64,000 nucleotides of DNA, taken from the NCBI GenBank assembly GCA_964021805.1, contig CAXHZP010000008.1, forward strand, positions 917 through 64,916, read 5' to 3'. Made by a program: the position numbers and the translations under genes. Shown here in pieces: positions 42,318 through 52,429 of the stretch (positions are counted from its first letter, which is position 1; every line of letters starts with the position of its first letter). The notes under the pieces are model-generated. The model did no database searches. It saw only the letters and a program-made list of their open reading frames with translations, and was not told the origin of the DNA. The stretch is from an uncultured Flavobacterium sp. (GTDB taxonomy: Bacteria; Bacteroidota; Bacteroidia; Flavobacteriales; Flavobacteriaceae).

Positions 42318-42635
42318 ATGGAAACCCCTAATTTAGACTACGTAAACAGTTTAGCAAGAGATGATGATAGTTTCAAGGATTTATTGATAGATGTCATAAA
42401 AAATGAATTTCCCGTTGAACAAAAAGAGTACCATGAGAGCTGCAAGAATAACGATTACAAAAAAATTGAAGAAAGTGTTCACAAAATTAAGCATAAAATT
42501 AGTATTTTAGGACTTGAAGAAAGTTATAAAATCGCAGACGAATACGAACACAATCTTAGGTTGAAGTCTAATGACAAAGCCTCTGATTTTAATCTTATTT
42601 TAACAACAATTTCTAATTATTTGAAAACAATATAA
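42318..42635 (+). CDS. Hpt (histidine phosphotransfer) domain protein
   Basis: 105-aa helical protein with VHKIKHKISILG motif, between the HK and RR. Confidence 0.8.
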   Translation: METPNLDYVNSLARDDDSFKDLLIDVIKNEFPVEQKEYHESCKNNDYKKIEESVHKIKHKISILGLEESYKIADEYEHNLRLKSNDKASDFNLILTTISNYLKTI

Positions 42636-42640
42636 TCCCT

Positions 42641-43339
42641 ATGAATTGCATTATAATTGATGATGAAAAAACCGCAAGACTTATTATAAAATCTCTTTGT
42701 TCTCAAACTGAAAACCTTCATGTTTCAGGAGTATTTTCAAGTGCCATAGAAGCTATTAAATATTTGAATGAAAATGAGGTAAATTTAGTATTTTTAGATT
42801 TTCATATGCCAGACTTTAATGGTTTAGATTTCATAAAAACAATAAAAAAGCCAATAAAAATTATTCTAACAACCTCTGATCCAAAATTTGCAATTGAGGC
42901 TTTTGAATATGATTTTATAGTAGATTATTTATTAAAGCCAATTGAGCTGCCAAGATTTCAAAAGGCTATCGCAAAATTAAGAAGTCAATTACAACCTTCA
43001 ATTCCTTCAACTAGTACCGCAGAAATAAAGAATGATTTTTATGTAAACATAGATAGACGTCTTATAAAAATAGATTTACATAGTATCTATCTTATTGAAG
43101 CCAATGGAGACTATATAAACATAAGAACTGATGATAATAATTATATAGTGCATTCAACTCTTAAGAAAATAGAAGAAAAACTTCCAAGTTCTCTATTTTT
43201 AAAGATACATCGTTCCTATATAATAAATGTTAAGAAAATTATAGATATAGAGGATAATAGTGTACTTATAAAAAAAGATATAGTACCTGTTAGTCGTTCA
43301 AAAAAATCTGAATTAATGGAGCGTTTAGATTTATTGTAA
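42641..43339 (+). CDS. LytTR-family response regulator
   Basis: IIDDE, FLDFHMP, DYLLKP; LytTR motifs FLKIHRSYIIN and VPVSRS. Confidence 0.95.
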   Translation: MNCIIIDDEKTARLIIKSLCSQTENLHVSGVFSSAIEAIKYLNENEVNLVFLDFHMPDFNGLDFIKTIKKPIKIILTTSDPKFAIEAFEYDFIVDYLLKPIELPRFQKAIAKLRSQLQPSIPSTSTAEIKNDFYVNIDRRLIKIDLHSIYLIEANGDYINIRTDDNNYIVHSTLKKIEEKLPSSLFLKIHRSYIINVKKIIDIEDNSVLIKKDIVPVSRSKKSELMERLDLL

Positions 43340-43360
43340 AATTTTTAATTTTTGTGACAC

Positions 43361-44752
43361 TTACTTTCCAATACAGAAATTAGAAAAGATATGTCCTAAA
43401 ATATCTTTATCTAGGTCGTATTCTCCAGTAATATTTCCAAGATGTCTTAAACATTCTCTAATGTCTATTGAGAACAGGTCTGTAGAGATTTTTAAATCAA
43501 TTCCTTCTTGCACAGAGTTAATAGCATTAAGCGCATTATTTAATGCTTCAAAATGGCGAGAATTAGTAACGATCGTTTCATTATTACTTAAGGCACCTTT
43601 GTTAACCAAAGAAGTTAATTCTTTAAGTAGGGTAGTAATCCCAATTTTTTCTTTAGCCGAAAGAAGAAGAATGTCTTTCACACTTGTAGTAATCTCTTTT
43701 CTTTGTTTCTCTGGTAAAGAATCAATTTTATTAGCAATTAATAATAGTCGTTTATTGGGAAAACGATTTTTAATAGTTTCAATTTCTTCTAGAAAAAAAC
43801 TTTTAGAGTCAGCAAACTTATTAGAATCTATAAGAAAAATTAATAGTTGAGCATTCTCTGCTTTTTCAAAAGTCTTTCTTATACCTATACTTTCAACAAT
43901 GTCATTAGTTTGTCTAATACCGGCTGTATCTATAAATCTAAAAGCAACTCCTTCTATTATCAATTCATCTTCAATAGCATCTCTTGTGGTACCAGCTATT
44001 TCTGAAACAATGGCTTTTTCTTCATTAAATAATGAATTAAGTAACGTTGATTTTCCTACATTAGGTTCTCCAATAATAGCAACTGGTATACCATTTTTCA
44101 TTGCATTTCCAAAAGAAAAACTATCTATTAATTTTTTTAAAACTGAAGAAATAGTAACAACTAATTCTTTAAATTTAGTTCTATCTGCAAACTCTACATC
44201 CTCTCCAGAAAAATCTAATTCTAATTCGATTAGAGCAGCAAAATCTAATAATTTAGTTCTAAGGTCCTTTAATTCATTTGTGATTCCACCTCTCATTTGC
44301 TGAATTGCTAATTGATGAGAGGCTGAGGAGTTAGAAGCGATAACATCTGCTACAGCTTCTGCTTGACTAAGATCCATTTTTCCGTTGAGAAATGCTCTCA
44401 TAGTAAACTCTCCATTGTCTGCCATTCTACAACCATTTTTAAGAAATAGTTGAATGATTTCTTGTTGTATATAAGAAGATCCATGACAAGATATTTCAAC
44501 TATATTTTCTCCTGTGTAAGAGCTCGGATTTTTAAAAACAGATACCAATACCTCATCTATTATTCTATTGTTATCAATAATATGTCCTAAATGTATGGTG
44601 TGAGTTTTTTGATTCTTCAGTTTTTTGCCGCTAATTGAATTAAATTTTTTAGAGACTATATTAATAGCGTCTTCACCCGAAATTCGAATTACAGAAATAG
44701 CTCCTATACCTGAGGGTGTTGCTAATGCTATGATAGAATCATTTTGAATCAT
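43361..44752 (-). CDS. mnmE: tRNA modification GTPase MnmE (TrmE)
   Basis: IALATPSG, GEPNVGKS, GTTRD, DTAG, NKID, C-terminal FCIGK. Start placed at ATG 44752 rather than the upstream TTG. Confidence 0.97.
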   Translation of the reverse strand: MIQNDSIIALATPSGIGAISVIRISGEDAINIVSKKFNSISGKKLKNQKTHTIHLGHIIDNNRIIDEVLVSVFKNPSSYTGENIVEISCHGSSYIQQEIIQLFLKNGCRMADNGEFTMRAFLNGKMDLSQAEAVADVIASNSSASHQLAIQQMRGGITNELKDLRTKLLDFAALIELELDFSGEDVEFADRTKFKELVVTISSVLKKLIDSFSFGNAMKNGIPVAIIGEPNVGKSTLLNSLFNEEKAIVSEIAGTTRDAIEDELIIEGVAFRFIDTAGIRQTNDIVESIGIRKTFEKAENAQLLIFLIDSNKFADSKSFFLEEIETIKNRFPNKRLLLIANKIDSLPEKQRKEITTSVKDILLLSAKEKIGITTLLKELTSLVNKGALSNNETIVTNSRHFEALNNALNAINSVQEGIDLKISTDLFSIDIRECLRHLGNITGEYDLDKDILGHIFSNFCIGK

Positions 44753-44756
44753 ATTG

Positions 44757-44764
44757 CAAATATA
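44757..44764 (-). promoter_or_regulatory. -7 promoter element TATATTTG for mnmE
   Basis: Perfect TAnnTTTG ending 4 nt before ATG 44752. Confidence 0.6.
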
Positions 44765-44839
44765 CAAGGTTCATAGGTTTTATAAGATAATTGTAACAAG
44801 TAGTTCATAGGAGCGTCAAATAGTTATATTTTAAAAAAC

Positions 44840-45181
44840 ATGATGAAAGAAAATAAACAATTATTAGTAATTATCCATTTGAGTCAATTTTTAGATTTTA
44901 TTACTGGAATAGGAGGTTTTGTTGTACCACTAATTATTTGGCTATTAAAAAAAGATGAAATTTATGAATTAGATTATCATGGTAAAACTATATTAAACTT
45001 CAGAATCTCTATGTTTATTTATACACTAATATGCATTCCTTTTGTTTTTTTGTTTGGAGTTGGTATTTTAGGATTTATAGTTTTAGGATTTATATACTTG
45101 ATTTTTCCTATAGTAAATGCAGTTAGAGCTAGTAATAACCAAATACCGCATTATCCACTTAGTATTAAGTTTATAAAGTAA
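44840..45181 (+). CDS. DUF4870-like small membrane protein
   Basis: HLSQ, PLIIW, HGK..LNF..S, YPLSIKF pattern; three hydrophobic segments. Confidence 0.8.
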   Translation: MMKENKQLLVIIHLSQFLDFITGIGGFVVPLIIWLLKKDEIYELDYHGKTILNFRISMFIYTLICIPFVFLFGVGILGFIVLGFIYLIFPIVNAVRASNNQIPHYPLSIKFIK

Positions 45182-45182
45182 T

Positions 45183-45623
45183 TTAAATAATAGATTGATT
45201 TATGTAGTCTTTATAATCTTCAAAAAATGATTCGAACTTAGACATAGATTCTAGATAAAAGAGGTAACATTCTTTCCAAGTTTGTTTGTTGTAAATACTA
45301 AATTTACTTTGATGTAATTGGTAAATTCTATGTATTCTTTTTCCTGAGTCTAATTCATATTCTCTATCAAATAGTACATTTAGCTTATAATCACGTTCCA
45401 AAATGTTTTTTAATGACAACAATTGTTCAAATAATAAGTCATTAGCAATCTTATCTGGATGCTCAAGATCCAAGACTACCATGGCCTTTTTTCTATCTGC
45501 AACAAATTTAAAACTTAACCCTTTAATTTTGGTATTATAAAGTATCCATTTTCTGGGAAAAGATTTTCCAAAACTAGTCCAAAACTCCTTTCTTAATAAT
45601 GTAGATTGCTCTTTACTAAACAC
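45183..45623 (-). CDS. DUF4268-like protein
   Basis: MFSKEQ..LRKEFWTSFGK..KWILYNTKIKG N-terminus typical of this Bacteroidota family; GTG start. Confidence 0.7.
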   Translation of the reverse strand: MFSKEQSTLLRKEFWTSFGKSFPRKWILYNTKIKGLSFKFVADRKKAMVVLDLEHPDKIANDLLFEQLLSLKNILERDYKLNVLFDREYELDSGKRIHRIYQLHQSKFSIYNKQTWKECYLFYLESMSKFESFFEDYKDYINQSII

Positions 45624-45657
45624 AAATTAGAGTATAAGTTTAAAAAATAGGGTTTTA

Positions 45658-46239
45658 TTAACCATGAACCGTTGCTTTGGTGCCTCTAGATTTCATCATT
45701 TCTGCTTCAAAAGCTAACAAGCTTTTCCATTTTTCATCTACAATTTTTCTATCCATATATTTTCTAGCATATCTTAAAAACAACGTGTAATGATTTGCTT
45801 CTGACACCATTAAATCTTTGTAAAATTTTGAAAGTTCTTCATCTTGCATGTTTTCAGAAAAAACTTTAAAACGCTCACAACTTCTAGCTTCAATGAGAGC
45901 AGCTACTAGTAATCTGTTTATCAAAGCAGTTCGTCTATCTTTTGTTTTTGGGAAGAATTTTTGTAATGACTTAGCATAGTCGTTGTGTTGTTCTCTTCCT
46001 AATACAAAGCCTCTTTTTATCATTAACTGATGAACCATCCTAAAATGTTCTAATTCCTCAATGGCAATATCACTCATATCTTTTACTAAATCTGTCTCCT
46101 CCGAATAGTTTATAATGATAGAAATAGCATTAGCAGAAGCCTTTTGCTCTGCGAATGCATGATCAGTTAGTATTTGTTCTAAATTATCTTCAGCAATTTC
46201 AGCCCAAGATGTAGACGTTTCAAATTGTAGTCCTAGCAT
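45658..46239 (-). CDS. miaE: tRNA-(ms2io6A37) hydroxylase
   Basis: DHAFAEQKA, EELEHF, LIEARSCERF, SEANHY di-iron motifs. Confidence 0.93.
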   Translation of the reverse strand: MLGLQFETSTSWAEIAEDNLEQILTDHAFAEQKASANAISIIINYSEETDLVKDMSDIAIEELEHFRMVHQLMIKRGFVLGREQHNDYAKSLQKFFPKTKDRRTALINRLLVAALIEARSCERFKVFSENMQDEELSKFYKDLMVSEANHYTLFLRYARKYMDRKIVDEKWKSLLAFEAEMMKSRGTKATVHG

Positions 46240-46294
46240 TTACGATATAATTTGTTTTAACTTTAATCTAAGATTATTTAATTTTTTTTAAAAT

Positions 46295-48517
46295 CTATGA
46301 CTTCAGTAGTGAAGCTAATTCTTTTCCATAATTAATAAATGCTATGGTTTCATCTGTTCGAGCTAGCTTTATTTTATCAAAAATAACTATAGATTCTCCA
46401 TTGCTTTCTAAATGATAAATCTGATGATTTTCAAAAAAGTGAATAATTTTTTCTGTAAAAAAAGATCTAATCTCAGATTCATTTTCTCCCATTAGTAAGA
46501 ATTTTTTTGAGAAATCTGGATACATTTCAAAATCAATATCTTTATATCCAGTAAAAGCCATCACACGATCAAATATTTTTCCTAGCACTCCTTCTTTTTC
46601 CATAGTAAAAATGGGTAGTTTTTTATCTAATTTTAATACCATTAGAGTTGTGTTGAAGGTTTCAGCAGTAAAAGCTTTACCCTCATTAAAAGTTACATCT
46701 GCAATTTCCCAAGATACCCCCAAATCTTCATAGGTGCCTTTTAGACAATTGTATTTACTTTCTATAGGTCTAATTTCAAAGAAATGGAATTTTTTTAAGT
46801 AAATAGTATTCCAATCAACTTGACTTGTATATAGATAATCTTTCTCAGTTGCTAAATTTCGTAATCGTTTTTGTCTTTGAGATAATTTTTTAGAAGAATT
46901 ATTTAAACTGATTTTTAAAGCCCTATTATATGTTGTAGAGGAAACATGAGAATCTAGCCCCGTAATGAATACTCTACCGCCAGAATCTCTCTGAGATTTA
47001 AGGAATTCAACTAGATAATCCATGTAGGTAATGCCAACCAGCCTTGTTTCTGATAAATCAATATTAACATTAGCTCCAGAAGGGATTTGAGCTACTAGAT
47101 TGTCAACTTTTAGAATACCTAAAAAGTTTGCTATTCCTCTAATTTTTAAATCAAAGCTTCCATCATTAAGCTTTACCAATTTAGTACGAGATTTGTAAAT
47201 CATCCTGAAAAATTGAGGTATGGATAGTCTTGCTAAAAGCATATGAGTAATTAAGGCCAATAATAAACCACCTAATAAACCAATTAATAGATTGGTGTAA
47301 AGGGTAAGAATCATTGTTCCTATAAAGAAAATAAGTTGCTCAGTTCCTTGGCTGTATGCTTTTTTGAAAACAGCAGGCGATGCTAATTTAAACCCAGTAT
47401 ATACCAATAAGATAGCAAAAGCAGATAAAGGTACTTTTCTCATAATGGGACTTAAAGCCACAATAAAAAGAAGTAATAATATTCCTTGATACATATTAGA
47501 CCATTTTGTTTTGGCACCGTTATGAATATTTACTGTACTTCTTATGATTACTGCAATTATTGGCAAACCACCTATAAGGCCAGCTACCATAGTGCTTAAA
47601 CCAATCCCTGTTAGATCTTTATTTAGGTCAGTTTTTCTTTTGTAGGGGTCAATTTTATCAACAGCTTTGGCAATTGCAAGTGACTCAATACTTGTTATAA
47701 TCAACATAGAAAATACAGTCGTCCAAAATTCAATAGTATTAATTTTATTAAAATTAGGATGCATAATAGAATCCATAATATTATCTGGAATGTCGAGCAG
47801 TAAATGAGGACCTATTTCATAGGTTTTACCTAGAAATGAAAGTGTTTGTTGATCAAAGAAGTTAAAAAGGTATGCAAAAGGAATAGAAAGAGCTATAACC
47901 CACATTGGAGCCGGTAAAAAATGAAAAAAACGGTAACTTATTTTGGAGTGAAGTAATAATAAAAATAATCCTGTAAATGAAATAAGTATGACAAAAGGAT
48001 TAGCTTGAGGTAAATATAAAACTGCATCTATAAGGTTTTGTATAATACTAGGACTATCAGAATGAGTTCCCATTGCTACATGAATCTGTTTAGCAAATAT
48101 GATAATTCCAATTGCTGCTAGAATACCATGTATTACTGAACTATGGAAAACTTCTGCTAATCTTCCCAATTTTAATATTCCTAATAACATTTGAATTGCA
48201 CCAGAAACAACAACTGCTGCTAAAACATAATTAAAGGCTTGACCTGAACCATCATCCATCAAAGCAATACCTAAAAGTATAACTCCAATAACACCTTTTG
48301 CAGGTCCGTTAACTGATATGTGACCACCTCTGTAAAGTGTTGTGACTATTCCTCCAACTACGGCTGAAAAAATACCTGACATGGCAGGTGCTCCTGCAGC
48401 CAAAGCAATACCTAATGAAAGAGGTAAAGCGATGAGCGCTACACTTATAGCAGCAATTAAATCACTTTGCCAATTTTCAATTAATCCCTTAATACCAGTT
48501 TTGGGTTTTATTTGCAT
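46295..48517 (-). CDS. SulP-family inorganic anion (bicarbonate/sulfate) transporter with STAS-like and extra C-terminal domain
   Basis: ALPLSLGIALA, GPA, IRSTVN..GA motifs; many TM helices; long soluble tail. Confidence 0.9.
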   Translation of the reverse strand: MQIKPKTGIKGLIENWQSDLIAAISVALIALPLSLGIALAAGAPAMSGIFSAVVGGIVTTLYRGGHISVNGPAKGVIGVILLGIALMDDGSGQAFNYVLAAVVVSGAIQMLLGILKLGRLAEVFHSSVIHGILAAIGIIIFAKQIHVAMGTHSDSPSIIQNLIDAVLYLPQANPFVILISFTGLFLLLLHSKISYRFFHFLPAPMWVIALSIPFAYLFNFFDQQTLSFLGKTYEIGPHLLLDIPDNIMDSIMHPNFNKINTIEFWTTVFSMLIITSIESLAIAKAVDKIDPYKRKTDLNKDLTGIGLSTMVAGLIGGLPIIAVIIRSTVNIHNGAKTKWSNMYQGILLLLFIVALSPIMRKVPLSAFAILLVYTGFKLASPAVFKKAYSQGTEQLIFFIGTMILTLYTNLLIGLLGGLLLALITHMLLARLSIPQFFRMIYKSRTKLVKLNDGSFDLKIRGIANFLGILKVDNLVAQIPSGANVNIDLSETRLVGITYMDYLVEFLKSQRDSGGRVFITGLDSHVSSTTYNRALKISLNNSSKKLSQRQKRLRNLATEKDYLYTSQVDWNTIYLKKFHFFEIRPIESKYNCLKGTYEDLGVSWEIADVTFNEGKAFTAETFNTTLMVLKLDKKLPIFTMEKEGVLGKIFDRVMAFTGYKDIDFEMYPDFSKKFLLMGENESEIRSFFTEKIIHFFENHQIYHLESNGESIVIFDKIKLARTDETIAFINYGKELASLLKS

Positions 48518-48752
48518 ATAATTGATTATCTAATAGATTTAAATATAAAACTAAATAGCTAAAATACTAAATATCCATTACTGTATTGATTAACTTTTAT
48601 CTGTTTTGGGTTAAATATTAAAAAATAATTTTAAGTATTAAAAAATACATTTCATAGTGCCCTTAAATAGAAGCTTGTAAAATAATTATTTTAATATTCA
48701 AGAATATTTTTTGTGCATGTATTTTTGTATTTTTAATGAAATAATATTTAGT

Positions 48753-50570
48753 ATGTTAGAATTAGCAGGAATAATTATTTTAGGAATATTAGCACAGTGG
48801 TTTGCCTGGAGATTTAAAATTCCAGCTATTCTTCCATTGATATTAATTGGGCTTTTGGTAGGTCCAATAGCAGCAGAGTTTTTAACAGATGATCATACAA
48901 AGTATATAGAACCTGTTTGGAATGGTAGCAAAGGATTGTTTCCTGGCGATGGTTTGTATTATTTTGTTTCATTGGCTATAAGTATTATATTATTTGAGGG
49001 TGGATTAACCTTAAAAAGAGATGAAATAAAAAATGTTGGGCCGGTAATAACAAAATTAATTACCCTAGGATCAGCAGTTACTTTTTTTGGAGCTGGTTTT
49101 TTAGCGCATTTTATCTTTGAGCTAAATTGGGAATTGTCTTTTTTGTTTTCTGGATTAATTATAGTTACAGGACCTACGGTTATTACACCTATTTTAAGGA
49201 ATATTCCACTAAAAAAAGATATCTCTACTGTCTTAAAATGGGAGGGGATTCTCATAGATCCAATAGGTGCTTTAGTGGCAGTATTGGTATTTGAGTTTAT
49301 AAGTGTGGGTGGTGATAGTGGTTTTACTAAAACAGCATTATCTGAATTTGGGAAAATTATACTATTTGGAACTTCTTTTGGTTTCACTTTTGCCCATGCA
49401 CTCACCTTTGTGATTAATAAAAAATGGATTCCTCATTATTTATTAAATGTGGTCTCTTTGTCTACAGTTTTACTTGTTTTTGTTGAATCAGAAATATTTG
49501 CACATGAATCAGGTTTATTGGCTGTTGTAGTGATGGGAATGGTTCTTGGAAATGGCAAATTAAAAAATTTAAAGGAGCTATTGTACTTTAAAGAATCATT
49601 GAGTGTTTTATTAATTTCAATTCTATTTATTCTTCTGGCTGCAAATATTAATATGGAGGATTTAATGCTTTTATATAATTGGAAAACAGCGATTCTTTTT
49701 TTTCTTATAGTTTTCATTGTTAGACCCTTAGGAGTTTTTATCAGCACTTATAATTCAAACTTAAAATTTAACGAAAAGTTATTCATAAGTTGGGTTGGCC
49801 CTAGGGGTATAGTTGCAGCTGGTATAGCTTCTCTTTTTGGAAGTAAGCTTCTAAAACAGGGAGTAGAAGGAGCAGAATACATAACGCCTTTGGTGTTTAT
49901 GATAGTTCTTGGAACTGTTTTATTAAACGCAACAACTGCTCGTTTATTTGCAAAAATCATTGGAGTATTTTTGAATTCTTCCGATGGAATTTTAATTGTT
50001 GGAGCCTCAAAATCTTCAAGACTTATAGCTGAATACATTCAAAATCTTGGAAAAAGAGTGGTCTTAATAGATGCCAATTCATCTTTTATAGAACAAAGTA
50101 GCAACATGGGGTTGGAAGCGTATTCAGTAAATGTATATGATGATGATCTTTCAAACAATATTGAGTTGAATGATATCGGTTACTTAATAGCACTTACAGG
50201 TAGTGATGCAGTTAATAAATATGCATTAAAAAACTTTTCTCCCATATTTGGAGAACGTGGAGCTTATCGATTAGCTACAGCTGATGAAGTTAAGAATCAA
50301 AATTTTGATAATGAAAAACATTTTTTTACTCCCAAAGATGATTTTATAAATTTAAGTGAAGCCGCTAGAGATTATCCAACTATTCATGAGACAGCTATTT
50401 CAACAGAAAACGAATTTAATGAAACATTAGAAAAACTTCATAATCAAATAGAATCTGTACCATTATTTGTTAAAACAATAGATAATAAAATATACACCCT
50501 TTCGGATTTTTATTCTAGGCAGCTAACAAAAAAAGATATTATGCTGGTTTACCTTGGAAATAAAATATAA
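48753..50570 (+). CDS. CPA1 cation:proton antiporter with C-terminal TrkA-N (RCK)-like domain
   Basis: ILFEGG, TGPTV, WEGILIDP, GPRGIVAA; start placed at ATG 48753 (MLELAG). Confidence 0.9.
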   Translation: MLELAGIIILGILAQWFAWRFKIPAILPLILIGLLVGPIAAEFLTDDHTKYIEPVWNGSKGLFPGDGLYYFVSLAISIILFEGGLTLKRDEIKNVGPVITKLITLGSAVTFFGAGFLAHFIFELNWELSFLFSGLIIVTGPTVITPILRNIPLKKDISTVLKWEGILIDPIGALVAVLVFEFISVGGDSGFTKTALSEFGKIILFGTSFGFTFAHALTFVINKKWIPHYLLNVVSLSTVLLVFVESEIFAHESGLLAVVVMGMVLGNGKLKNLKELLYFKESLSVLLISILFILLAANINMEDLMLLYNWKTAILFFLIVFIVRPLGVFISTYNSNLKFNEKLFISWVGPRGIVAAGIASLFGSKLLKQGVEGAEYITPLVFMIVLGTVLLNATTARLFAKIIGVFLNSSDGILIVGASKSSRLIAEYIQNLGKRVVLIDANSSFIEQSSNMGLEAYSVNVYDDDLSNNIELNDIGYLIALTGSDAVNKYALKNFSPIFGERGAYRLATADEVKNQNFDNEKHFFTPKDDFINLSEAARDYPTIHETAISTENEFNETLEKLHNQIESVPLFVKTIDNKIYTLSDFYSRQLTKKDIMLVYLGNKI

Positions 50571-50576
50571 ATAGGA

Positions 50577-52283
50577 TTATAGATCTAGTTGAAAAGTGTC
50601 TTTTAAGTCTTTAAGAAAAGCATTTTTTTCTAGAAGTTTGTTATACTTTTCTTGAGGAGTATATGCAAACTTCTTTTCTATTGTTTCATTAACTACAATG
50701 TTTAAAGAAATACCGTAGTTGTTAAGAGACTCCCTAATAAATTTTATTAGTTTTGGTTTTACTTGTTTTAACTGATCTTCCATTAGCTTATTAGGCAAAA
50801 TAAACTGAATATGAAGGTTTTCTTGACATGTTGGTATGTCTGTAGCTAAAATAGAAGCGATACTTTTTTCACCTTTTTTAATTAAAAATTTTTGAAAGTC
50901 TTTCCAAGCTGTTTGTAATTCACTTTCTGTAAAGGGCTTTCTCGGGTAATCATCATAATTAATTTCAGTAGTATTTTTTTTAATTTCTTTTTTATGATGA
51001 ATACTTTTTAGAGAAAGAGAATTACTTCTTCTTTTTATATTTTTTAAAATTGGTGGTTTGGATGTTTGAGTACTTGATGCTAAAGGCTCTTTATCGACAA
51101 CCTTTGGTGGTGTTTTAATATCATCGTTAGATTTAACATCTAGGGTTGTTTTCTTTTTTAATTGGGGTGATATAGAAGTGAAAAATGTAGCTGGAATTAT
51201 ATAGTTAGATGGTTTTTTTTTTTCGCCATCAAAAGTGATAGAGGCAATTTGCATCAATGTTAATTCAACTAAAAGTCGTTGATTTTTACTTATTTTATAA
51301 TTTAATTCGCATTGATTGGCTTTTTCTATAGAACCTATGAGAAAGCTTATAGACGCTTTAGAGGATTGATTTAAATACTTCTTTTTAGCATTATCACCAA
51401 CTTCAAGTAAGTTGATAGTTGCCTTGTCTTTGGCGACCAACAAATCTCTAAAGTGAGAGGCTAGTCCACTAATAAAATGGTGACCTTCAAATCCTTTAGA
51501 CAAAATTTCATTAAAGTTATTTAACACATCTGGAATCTTATTTTCTAATAACAAATCTGTCATTGTAAAATAAGTATCATAGTCTAAGACATTTAAATTT
51601 TGAGTTACAGCCTCACGAGTTAGGTTTTTTCCAGAAAAACTAATAACTCTATCAAAAATTGAAAGAGCATCCCTCATGGCTCCATCAGCTTTTTGTGAAA
51701 TTATGTGTAAAGCATCATCATCTGCTTCAATGTTTTCTTTTGTAGCTATTTTTTTTAAATAATTTTTTGTGTCTAAAACAGTTATTCTCTTAAAATCAAA
51801 TATTTGACAACGTGATAAAATAGTGGGAATAATTTTATGTTTTTCTGTAGTAGCTAAAATAAAAATAGCATGAGCTGGAGGTTCTTCTAATGTTTTTAAA
51901 AAAGCATTAAAAGCCGCTTGTGATAGCATGTGTACTTCATCTATAATATACACCTTGTATTTTCCGGTCTGAGGAGGTATTCTTACTTGATCTGTTAAAC
52001 TCCTAATATCATCTACCGAGTTATTGGAAGCAGCATCTAACTCAAATATATTAAAAGCAAAGTCTTCATCATTAGATTCAACCCCTTCTTCATTAATTCT
52101 TTTTGCTAAAATTCTAGCACAAGATGTTTTTCCAACACCTCTAGGTCCAGTAAAAAGAAGAGCTTGAGCTAAATGATTATTTTTAATGGCATTCTCTAAA
52201 GTATTAGTTATCGCTTGTTGCCCAATAACATCCTCAAAGAATTGAGGTCTATATTTACGTGCAGAAACGATAAAATGCTCCAT
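50577..52283 (-). CDS. dnaX: DNA polymerase III subunit gamma/tau
   Basis: SARKYRP, GPRGVGKT, ELDAASN, IIDEVHML, SRC. Confidence 0.97.
   Translation of the reverse strand: MEHFIVSARKYRPQFFEDVIGQQAITNTLENAIKNNHLAQALLFTGPRGVGKTSCARILAKRINEEGVESNDEDFAFNIFELDAASNNSVDDIRSLTDQVRIPPQTGKYKVYIIDEVHMLSQAAFNAFLKTLEEPPAHAIFILATTEKHKIIPTILSRCQIFDFKRITVLDTKNYLKKIATKENIEADDDALHIISQKADGAMRDALSIFDRVISFSGKNLTREAVTQNLNVLDYDTYFTMTDLLLENKIPDVLNNFNEILSKGFEGHHFISGLASHFRDLLVAKDKATINLLEVGDNAKKKYLNQSSKASISFLIGSIEKANQCELNYKISKNQRLLVELTLMQIASITFDGEKKKPSNYIIPATFFTSISPQLKKKTTLDVKSNDDIKTPPKVVDKEPLASSTQTSKPPILKNIKRRSNSLSLKSIHHKKEIKKNTTEINYDDYPRKPFTESELQTAWKDFQKFLIKKGEKSIASILATDIPTCQENLHIQFILPNKLMEDQLKQVKPKLIKFIRESLNNYGISLNIVVNETIEKKFAYTPQEKYNKLLEKNAFLKDLKDTFQLDL
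51213..51223 (-). other. A11 slippery run in dnaX (candidate gamma/tau recoding site)
   Basis: Coding strand GAA AAA AAA AAA CCA at codons 354-358; both shifted frames stop within a few codons. Confidence 0.7.
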
Positions 52284-52429
52284 AATCTAAAGAATAAATT
52301 TTGTCTAACAAATGTAAGTATCTACCTTAGTATTTACAATATGCTTTCTTAACAAAAGACTAAAGTTGTAAACAAATTGTAAGAATCATTTAATTTTTAG
52401 ACTACACAATAAATTAATAAATTTCATTT

